A DNA stretch of 7,206 bases from Candidatus Helarchaeota ASGARD archaeon Hel_GB_A (GCA_005191415.1 SUPS01000213.1:1-7206); one strand, 5' to 3'; shown: positions 1 to 4,696, counted from the stretch's first letter. Notes: generated from the sequence alone by a model not told the origin. Made by a program: numbers and translations.

Positions 1-1
1 G

Positions 2-727
2 GTCATAACAGGTATTCCTGAATATTCAAGGCGTTTTGTAGAACTCATTAATGAATACATCGAAAAATCGCGAAATCGATTACATCAAACGCAAGATAGC
101 TTGAAGAAAACAGTAAAAAAACTCAATAAAATAACACCATCCGAACCACCTGCCCCTGAGGTCTTTGTTTCGGTCGATTCTTACGACGATTGGGGGTTAT
201 ACATCACACCGGACGGAACCCTTTTGAGAATTTGTACCGCTAAATTCCATATAAATCCAAGTGGTGTTAGAATTCAGCGAATTCTTCAATCAATCCCATC
301 TAACACTCTTAATAAATTCATTACAATTGCAAAAAATAAAACATTCCAATATCTCTACACCGCTGATGCCTTTCTCCAACTAATCCACTACTTTAAAGAT
401 AAATTAGATAACTATCAAGTGCTAATATCCTTTTTAAAGGAATGGCGAGATGAAATTTTCGCTAATCTCGAAACCCGCATCACGGAAGTCCCCGTAAATA
501 CCGACTTTGTCATTATGGACGATTCCTTCATCTATCTCTCTATATATGACCCTCTTCACCCTCTCATCATGGGCGGAAAAAAAGTTTCAAACCACCCCAT
601 CATCCAACGATATATTCAAGAATTTGATAGACTTTGGCAAAACGCCATCCCCAGCGACGAATATATCAAAACTATAGATATCGAAGAGGATATCCTTCAA
701 GAACTACGACTTTTACTATTTTTTTAA
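2..727 (+). CDS. hypothetical protein, 5'-partial (frame open to the left window edge); C-terminal part faintly resembles the C-terminal domain of TrmB-type archaeal regulators
   Basis: Frame 2 has no stop from nt 2 to TAA at 725-727. The TTG at 101 in the ORF track is only the first start-like codon. The 33 upstream codons (VITGIPEYSRRFVELINEYIEKSRNRLHQTQDS) read like real protein, so the gene probably starts left of the window. The tail DFVIMDDSFIYLSIYDP...NHPIIQRYIQEFDRLWQNA recalls the end of TrmB-family C-terminal domains; this is recollection-level similarity only. Confidence 0.55.
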   Translation, partial: VITGIPEYSRRFVELINEYIEKSRNRLHQTQDSLKKTVKKLNKITPSEPPAPEVFVSVDSYDDWGLYITPDGTLLRICTAKFHINPSGVRIQRILQSIPSNTLNKFITIAKNKTFQYLYTADAFLQLIHYFKDKLDNYQVLISFLKEWRDEIFANLETRITEVPVNTDFVIMDDSFIYLSIYDPLHPLIMGGKKVSNHPIIQRYIQEFDRLWQNAIPSDEYIKTIDIEEDILQELRLLLFF

Positions 728-741
728 GAAGAAGCTTCAAA

Positions 742-844
742 TGGGCGGGAGGGGATTCGAACCCCCGACCTCTGGGTCCCAAACCCAGAATCTTGACCAA
801 TTTTTATTCTGATAAACCTTATAGCCAGACTAGACTACCCGCCC
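742..844 (-). tRNA. tRNA-Pro (anticodon UGG) with a ~28-nt intron inside the D loop
   Basis: The reverse complement folds as GGGCGGG-TA-GTCT-[D loop]-AGAT-T-CTGGG-TTTGGGA-CCCAG-AGGTC-GGGGG-TTCGAAT-CCCCT-CCCGCCC-A. The anticodon TGG is at 781-779. T8, T33, G37, T54-T55-C56, A58 and G53-C61 are all present. The D-loop region is 38 nt (AGTCTGG CTATAAGGTTTATCAGAATAAAAATTGG TCA) instead of about 10. Removing 28 nt gives a canonical 75-nt tRNA with A14, G18G19 and A21. CCA is not encoded. Confidence 0.85.
797..824 (-). other. non-canonical tRNA intron in the D loop of tRNA-Pro (boundaries uncertain by a few nt because of the CTGG/TTGG repeat at its edges)
   Basis: This is the excess 28 nt between AGTCTGG and TCA of the D loop. 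It contains a small hairpin, TTTAT-CAGA-ATAAA. I could not draw a clean bulge-helix-bulge by eye. Confidence 0.6.
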
Positions 845-883
845 ATTACTGAAGATGGGGCTGAGGGGACTTGAACCCCTGAC

Positions 884-915
884 AATTACCTGAAACGCTT
901 TTAATAGTCGCATTT
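884..915 (-). other. second, non-canonical intron of tRNA-Trp in the variable loop (boundaries +/-3 nt)
   Basis: There are 37 nt between the anticodon-stem 3' strand CCCAG and the T-stem AGGGG, where 5 are expected. Removing AAATGCGACTATTAAAAGCGTTTCAGGTAATT leaves AGGTC, identical to the variable loop of the neighbouring tRNA-Pro. The insert forms a hairpin, GAAATGC/GCGTTTC. Confidence 0.55.
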
Positions 916-923
916 CTCTGGGT

Positions 924-987
924 CTCGCCAGGGACGCTCCAAAAGCTCGTCATCCTTACGTCAGCAGACCCTATTCTGCAAATCCTT
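924..987 (-). ncRNA. tRNA-Trp canonical-position intron carrying a box D' (CTGA) / box C' (AGGATGA) pair; candidate intron-encoded 2'-O-methylation guide
   Basis: The intron reads AAGGATTTGCAGAATAGGGTCTG-CTGA-CGTA-AGGATGA-CGAGCTTTTGGAGCGTCCCTGGCGAG. CTGA is at 964-961 and AGGATGA at 956-950, separated by 4 nt (CGTA), a K-loop-like spacing. GGGTCTG, immediately 5' of CTGA, is complementary to CAGACCC (tRNA positions 35-41 after splicing). No convincing terminal C/D pair was found. Confidence 0.4.
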
Positions 988-1268
988 CTGGAGCCCAGCA
1001 TCATACCTGGCTAGATTACAGCCCCACGAAATATAGAAATTTCTGGGGGATTTTGCCTGTGAATTGACAATTTCCTTATTGCTTGTTCATTATAAATTGT
1101 ATTTAAACAATTCTAAATGACATTTCTCTAGAGGCATTTGAATTTAATTATCCTCCTTATAAAAATATAATGGAGCCTTTCTAGAGATTTCTTTGAGATT
1201 AAATTTAAATTTCACATAAAACGAATTTTTAATATCACTAAATAAATAGGCGATTAGCTCTGTGGGAT

Positions 1269-1841
1269 TTGATTTTTTCAAGGATTCTTGCGATTACTGT
1301 ATTGATAGCATATATCCTGATTCTTATCTTAGAAATTCTGAAAATTCGCTATTCTCGAACCAGTAAGAGTTCCAAAATTATTGAATTATTCACACTTCAC
1401 ATTGTTTTTATTCCTTTATTTCTCTCATTTCTATTTGGATCAGTCGAGCTTGGCTTATCAGTTCTCTTCATTATGGTTGGCATTTTACTCACTTTCTATG
1501 GACTATATGAGCTTATCTCACCAGAAGATGTTGATCCATTTCACTCAGATAAACATGAAATTAAGCAATCGCATCCTCGAAATATCATTGAAACTATCAG
1601 TATTATTGGTATAGGAGTACTTTCCATCATCACGTCTTCTTTCTGGTTGCTCTTTCCAGATGACTTCCTTATAATTTCTGGCTTTATGGTCGCCATCCTG
1701 TTAATTTTAATTGGTGCCCCACTGATACTGTACCCAAAAGAATCGATGGAAAGATCCCGAAAACACTGGGGTTATGCCTTTTTAGTCATTGGAATCATAT
1801 TACTTTTAATTTTATTATTAGGAATTTCTGGTAAATTATAA
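1269..1841 (+). CDS. hypothetical integral membrane protein (about 5-6 predicted hydrophobic helices)
   Basis: 190-codon ORF with repeated 20-residue hydrophobic stretches (ILAITVLIAYILILILEIL, LHIVFIPLFLSFLFG, LSVLFIMVGILLTFYGLY, GIGVLSIITSSFWLLF, ISGFMVAILLILIGAPLILY, AFLVIGIILLLILLLGI). The start is uncertain: TTG at 1269, with the first in-frame ATG only near 1473. A TATA-like TAAATAAATA at 1239-1248 would put a transcription start close to 1269. I recognise no family. Confidence 0.55.
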   Translation: MIFSRILAITVLIAYILILILEILKIRYSRTSKSSKIIELFTLHIVFIPLFLSFLFGSVELGLSVLFIMVGILLTFYGLYELISPEDVDPFHSDKHEIKQSHPRNIIETISIIGIGVLSIITSSFWLLFPDDFLIISGFMVAILLILIGAPLILYPKESMERSRKHWGYAFLVIGIILLLILLLGISGKL

Positions 1842-1969
1842 GTTCATCTATTAAAATTGTTTAATTTTCAAGTTTTCATTTCTCTTAGATTTAATTTATT
1901 AGATAAATTAATTTCTCGTATAGAATCAAATTTTTCTCCCAAATTATGGTTTGATCCTCATACATAACT

Positions 1970-1978
1970 TTTTTAAAA
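1970..1978 (+). promoter_or_regulatory. candidate TATA-like box for the 5S precursor
   Basis: TTTTTAAAA is centred about 26-28 nt upstream of G2000, the first base of the flanking stem. A second TATA-like element, ATTAAATA (1992-1999), would instead start transcription near 2022 and exclude the stem's 5' arm. The two cannot be distinguished from sequence. Confidence 0.25.
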
Positions 1979-1999
1979 CACAATATCTTCCATTAAATA

Positions 2000-2022
2000 G
2001 GTTTAGATTTGCATTGAGGTTC
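2000..2022 (+). other. 5' arm of the processing stem flanking the permuted 5S rRNA
   Basis: GGTTTAGATTTG (2000-2011) is perfectly complementary to CAAATCTAAACC (2169-2180). GCAT (2011-2014) pairs with ATGC (2162-2165). GGTTC (2018-2022) pairs with GAACC (2155-2159). Confidence 0.65.
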
Positions 2023-2028
2023 GTGTCG

Positions 2029-2154
2029 AATTAAGCTCGTATACGTTCTTGTTGGTACTGCAGTGCGAGAGCCTGCGGGAAGACAAGAAAGCTGAACTTC
2101 GGTTCGGTCATAGCTACGAGGTAACACCCGTTCTCATCCCGAACACGGCAGAAT
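2029..2154 (+). rRNA. 5S rRNA, circularly permuted gene order (3' portion 2031-2097, UUCG linker 2098-2101, 5' portion 2102-2154)
   Basis: All canonical archaeal 5S elements are present on the + strand, in swapped order.
- Helix I: GTTCGGT 2102-2108 with GCTGAAC 2091-2097.
- Helix II: TACGAG 2115-2120 with CTCGTA 2036-2041.
- Helix III: CCGT 2128-2131 with ACGG 2145-2148.
- Loop C: TCTCATCCCGAAC.
- Helix V: TTCTTGT 2046-2052 with ACAAGAA 2083-2089.
- Helix IV: CTGCAG 2058-2063 with CTGCGG 2073-2078.
- GTACTG...GGGAAG loop-E-like region.
From memory, the sequence is close to haloarchaeal 5S (..CCCAUCCCGAACACGGAAGAUAAGCC.. and ..GUACUGGAGUGCGCGAGCCUCUGGGAA..). Confidence 0.8.
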
Positions 2155-2180
2155 GAACCCCATGCGGACAAATCTAAACC
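2155..2180 (+). other. 3' arm of the processing stem flanking the permuted 5S rRNA
   Basis: The arm reads GAACC-CC-ATGC-GGA-CAAATCTAAACC and is complementary to 2000-2022 (see the 5' arm). It is followed by a short T-run (2184-2187) that could contribute to termination. Confidence 0.65.
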
Positions 2181-2483
2181 ATATTTTCATTCTTTCAGAG
2201 AGCTAAGAAAATAAATTTACCGAATTATTTCTCTCTTTACTTCTTAACTCCTGATTTTAGTAATGCCAAAATAATTAAAGATCAAACATTTCATAATTCA
2301 CGGTTTCTTTGAATTCATGCGTTGTTTTAATCTAAAAGGTATTTGTTCAGATTCCTTAAAGATAAAAACTTTTGCCACAATTTTTTAATAGAAGGTTAAA
2401 TTTATTCCATTAAATTATAGTAATATGTTTTCCATATCTATAGAAATAGAAATCTACAACTTTCTAGCAATTTGAGTGGATTA

Positions 2484-2499
2484 GGCGTCAATTAACGCC
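2484..2499. promoter_or_regulatory. GC-rich near-palindrome GGCGTCAATTAACGCC abutting a TATA-like box; candidate operator
   Basis: Arms GGCGT (2484-2488) and ACGCC (2495-2499) flank an AATT-centred spacer. It is the only GC-rich block in about 350 nt of AT-rich spacer. It sits directly upstream of TTAAATAA (2502-2509) and 39-54 nt upstream of the ATG at 2538. Confidence 0.3.
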
Positions 2500-2501
2500 A
2501 C

Positions 2502-2509
2502 TTAAATAA
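2502..2509 (+). promoter_or_regulatory. candidate TATA box for the DUF1512-like / zinc-ribbon operon
   Basis: TTAAATAA is centred about 32 nt upstream of the ATG at 2538. This implies a very short leader or a leaderless mRNA. No Shine-Dalgarno-like motif precedes the ATG. Confidence 0.3.
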
Positions 2510-2537
2510 TAATTTCCAGTCGTTCGATGTGAAGTAA

Positions 2538-3659
2538 ATGATGCAATATTATAATGAATGGTCTTGGATTTTTCAAATCATATTTTTAGTACTCTTTATT
2601 GTTATTTTCTTTTATAATCAGCGAATCCAGCTATGGATGATGCAGAAACAAATTGAAGTCGCAGTGCGCGAGTTAGAACAAATGACTAAGGAAGGAAAAG
2701 ATGTTTTAGTGAAGCTAATCAATGAAAGAGGAAAGCCCAAAGAAGATCCGCGTCCAATATTAAATTCCTTACTAGATTTCTTCACTGTGCAGCCAGTAGA
2801 CTTAGATCCCGCAGGGATTATCTATAGGCTTGAGCACATACTAGATGTTAGAAAATCACGTTGGGAACAGCACGTTAAACAAATTGCACCTGCCGCTTCA
2901 CGCGATGTAGCGGCAAATATTGAAGGTACCATTGAAGCTACTTCGGCAGTTAATATGATTTTCAAAATTGTTCGGCATTATCTTCTATTAGGGAAAAAGA
3001 CCAAAAGTCTTATATTGATTATGCAAATTCAGATGCAATTGCCTTTAATTATGCAAATTGCCAAAGCTATTTTCAAAGCCTTAAAATCCTTTAGTCAAGG
3101 CATTCCTATTGGGGATAGCATCGGTCCACTGGTGGTGACCACCCTCGTTCATGATTACAAAAAACAATCCCCTCCAAAAATTACACGCGATTACACAAAG
3201 GATATTACTCTATATGAAATGGAAATTGAGGGACGAAATGTGTTCATTATTAGAGCAACAGGACCTGGTGCGACTGTCGGAAAACCTGGTGAAGCCATTA
3301 AAAAATTGGTAGAAGAAAAAGAAGGTAAAATTGCGCGGCTCATTATGGTGGACGCTGGATTGAAATTAGAAGGTGAAAAAACTGGGACTGTTATTGAAGG
3401 TGTTGGAGCGGTAATCGGCGGTCCGGGTGTTGAAAAATACAAGATTGAAGAATCTGCAGGTGTGAAATATAGTGTGCCAATGGATGGTATCGTTATTGAA
3501 GAAGGTCAAGAAGATGCCTACGGAACTATGGTAAAAGATTTAGTAAAAAGTGTTCCAAAAGCAATCGAAAAGATTAAAAACGCTATATTGACCCGCACCG
3601 TAGAAGGCGATAATGTTATTATTGCAGGGATAGGAAATTGTTGCGGAATAGGTGATTAA
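2538..3659 (+). CDS. DUF1512-like archaeal protein of unknown function, N-terminally membrane-anchored
   Basis: 373-aa ORF with an N-terminal hydrophobic helix (WSWIFQIIFLVLFIVIFFY). Its size and architecture match my recollection of Pfam DUF1512 (archaeal proteins of about 370 aa). Gly-rich conserved-looking blocks are present: GDSIGPLVV, ATGPGATVGKPGEA, MVDAGLKLEGEKTGTVIEGVGAVIGGPGVEKYKIEE. The family assignment is from memory and was not searched. Confidence 0.8.
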   Translation: MMQYYNEWSWIFQIIFLVLFIVIFFYNQRIQLWMMQKQIEVAVRELEQMTKEGKDVLVKLINERGKPKEDPRPILNSLLDFFTVQPVDLDPAGIIYRLEHILDVRKSRWEQHVKQIAPAASRDVAANIEGTIEATSAVNMIFKIVRHYLLLGKKTKSLILIMQIQMQLPLIMQIAKAIFKALKSFSQGIPIGDSIGPLVVTTLVHDYKKQSPPKITRDYTKDITLYEMEIEGRNVFIIRATGPGATVGKPGEAIKKLVEEKEGKIARLIMVDAGLKLEGEKTGTVIEGVGAVIGGPGVEKYKIEESAGVKYSVPMDGIVIEEGQEDAYGTMVKDLVKSVPKAIEKIKNAILTRTVEGDNVIIAGIGNCCGIGD

Positions 3660-3680
3660 TGATTATTGAAGGTGTAGGTT

Positions 3681-4163
3681 ATGAGTGAAGTAAAATATAC
3701 AACTGCTGCCAAAATTTTGAAAGTATTAGGCTATATTTTGATGATGGCTTCTGTATTTTTGATCATGATAGGGATTTCTGGCTTTTTTATGGGACCCATC
3801 CATCCCGCAATAGATCCTCTCTATATGCTATTCTCAGGACTCCTGCTTTTTATGGCAAGTCTTCCTATTTTAATGATGTCCCAAACAGGAATTGTCAAAC
3901 CAGAATTCGACGTCATCTCGCTTCTACGATGCTCTAATGCCGATTGTAAATTTACAAAAGGAAGAAAATTTGAAAAAGATGAATATGTGTTTAAGGAACT
4001 CGATGAAAAATGTGAGAAATGTAATAGCAACTTCTACATTGCCGCCATTTTTGAAGTGGAACGCAAACCAAGCAAGAAGAAAGAAGAAAAAACAATGAAT
4101 ATGAAAGAAGTCGAGAAAGATTCAAAACAAGAGGAATCTCCAGCCCCAAAAACACCAAGCTGA
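3681..4163 (+). CDS. small membrane protein with two predicted TM helices, a C-terminal CX4C...CX2C zinc-ribbon-like motif and a Lys/Glu-rich tail
   Basis: The ATG at 3681 is preceded by AGGTG (3669-3673) at Shine-Dalgarno distance, 21 nt after the upstream stop. Hydrophobic segments are ILKVLGYILMMASVFLIMIGISGFFMG and LYMLFSGLLLFMASLPILMM. The cysteines are CSNADC (X4 spacing) and CEKC. Confidence 0.7.
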   Translation: MSEVKYTTAAKILKVLGYILMMASVFLIMIGISGFFMGPIHPAIDPLYMLFSGLLLFMASLPILMMSQTGIVKPEFDVISLLRCSNADCKFTKGRKFEKDEYVFKELDEKCEKCNSNFYIAAIFEVERKPSKKKEEKTMNMKEVEKDSKQEESPAPKTPS

Positions 4164-4174
4164 TTTTCAAATCC

Positions 4175-4180
4175 TTTTTT
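4175..4180 (+). terminator. oligo-T tract, candidate archaeal terminator for the 2538-4163 operon
   Basis: TTTTTT lies 12 nt after the stop at 4161-4163. Confidence 0.3.
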
Positions 4181-4194
4181 AAGTTAAAATTCAA

Positions 4195-4204
4195 TTTTTA
4201 TTAA
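4195..4204 (+). promoter_or_regulatory. candidate TATA box for coaD (leaderless or near-leaderless transcript)
   Basis: TTTTTATTAA is centred about 27-28 nt upstream of the ATG at 4228. Confidence 0.3.
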
Positions 4205-4227
4205 TTTAATCAATAAAAGGGCGATAT

Positions 4228-4689
4228 ATGTTACGTCTTGTGGGAGTTGCAGGGACTTTTGGTCCCCTCCATAAAGGACACTACAAGCTTTTGCGAAAAG
4301 CTTTCGAAGTTGGCGAAAAAGTCCTTGTTGCACTGACTACAGAAGCAATGCTCGAGCATAAGACTGCCAAGGACAAAATCCCCCCCTACAATGTAAGAAA
4401 GCAAAAACTCGAAGAGTTCTTGAATAGTCAAGGATATTATGGTCGTTATGAAATTATTCCTCTCGACGACCCTTACGGTATAGCAATTACCCTCGCTGAA
4501 CAGGAGGGCATCGTTGTAAGTGAAGAAACCAAAAAAGGGGCGGAAAAAATCAATCAAATCCGAAAAGAACGCGGTCTAAATCCTCTCAAAATTTTCGTTA
4601 TTAAAATGGTATTGGCAGAAAACGGCAAACCCATTTCTTCCACACGAATTCGCAAAGAAGAACTGGATCTTGAAGGTCATCTAAAATAA
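4228..4689 (+). CDS. coaD: phosphopantetheine adenylyltransferase, archaeal type (cytidylyltransferase-fold nucleotidyltransferase; CoA biosynthesis)
   Basis: The 153-aa protein has the N-terminal nucleotidyltransferase signature GTFGPLHKGH (the GTFDxLHxGH type) and the C-terminal ISSTRIR motif. Its length and the central block YEIIPLDDPYG...IVVSEET are typical of archaeal PPAT (COG1019-type) as I recall them. Confidence 0.8.
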   Translation: MLRLVGVAGTFGPLHKGHYKLLRKAFEVGEKVLVALTTEAMLEHKTAKDKIPPYNVRKQKLEEFLNSQGYYGRYEIIPLDDPYGIAITLAEQEGIVVSEETKKGAEKINQIRKERGLNPLKIFVIKMVLAENGKPISSTRIRKEELDLEGHLK

Positions 4690-4696
4690 TATCCTA

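Larger units (their letters stand above)
856..1025 (-). tRNA. tRNA-Trp (anticodon CCA) with two introns: 64 nt at the canonical 37/38 site and ~32 nt in the variable loop (about 45/46)
   Basis: The reverse complement reads GGGGCTG-TA-ATCT-AGCCAGGTA-TGAT-G-CTGGG-CTCCAG|64-nt intron|A-CCCAG-AG|32-nt intron|GTC-AGGGG-TTCAAGT-CCCCT-CAGCCCC-A. The spliced product is 74 nt and has T8, A14, G18G19, A21, T33, anticodon CCA, T54T55C56 and A58. It lies 11 nt upstream of tRNA-Pro on the same strand, so co-transcription is likely. Confidence 0.8.

Noticed and set aside
634-852. 72-aa + strand ORF from the track
   Set aside because: It is an alternate frame of the 3' end of the 2-727 CDS that then reads straight through the antisense of tRNA-Pro. 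The Arg/Pro-rich composition is typical of reading a GC-rich RNA gene.
928-1004. Terminal box C / box D for the tRNA-Trp intron guide: ATGATGC (1004-998, inside the D arm/exon) and CTGG (931-928); also a guide for position 34 via TTGGAGC (943-937)
   Set aside because: The C-like heptamer lies in exon sequence. CTGG lacks the GA needed for a K-turn. With CTGG as the box, the N+5 rule points to G31, not C34. The TTGGAGC complementarity to the anticodon is better explained as intron-anticodon pairing for the splice-site helix.
1029-1042. TATA-like AAATTTCTATATTT (minus strand) just upstream of tRNA-Trp as its promoter
   Set aside because: It is centred only about 10 nt from the mature 5' end, so a start about 26 nt downstream would fall inside the tRNA. 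More distal TATA-like boxes (about 1088-1106) are possible, but I cannot choose among them.
1381-1614. 77-aa + strand ORF
   Set aside because: It is nested out of frame inside the longer membrane-protein ORF. It has a low-complexity Leu/Ser/Phe composition and no independent start signals.
1949-1958. GTTTGATCCT, identical to the core of the universal bacterial 16S 5' end/primer site, upstream of the 5S
   Set aside because: It is only a 10-mer. Nothing rRNA-like follows and the surrounding sequence is AT-rich spacer. I treat it as coincidence.
2031-2154. Reading the 5S region as two unrelated truncated 5S pseudogene fragments from a decayed tandem duplication
   Set aside because: Several features argue for a maintained functional unit. 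The fragments break at the same structural position. Together they make exactly one complete 5S. They are joined by a 4-nt cUUCGg tetraloop. They are flanked by a 12-bp perfect complementary stem. A tandem duplication remains the likely evolutionary origin.
3191-3442. 83-aa antisense ORF inside the DUF1512-like CDS
   Set aside because: It lies antisense to the Gly-rich, GC-richer part of a well-supported gene. The Pro/Ser/Thr-rich translation is the expected mirror artefact.
3821-4194. Three short ORFs (3821-4030 -, 3892-4098 +, 3991-4194 -) overlapping the zinc-ribbon gene
   Set aside because: All overlap the 3681-4163 CDS, which has a ribosome-binding site, TM helices and a Cys motif. The alternatives have no signals and low-complexity sequence.
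4231-4557. 108-aa antisense ORF opposite coaD
   Set aside because: coaD carries unmistakable nucleotidyltransferase motifs in the sense frame. The antisense frame shows no recognisable features.
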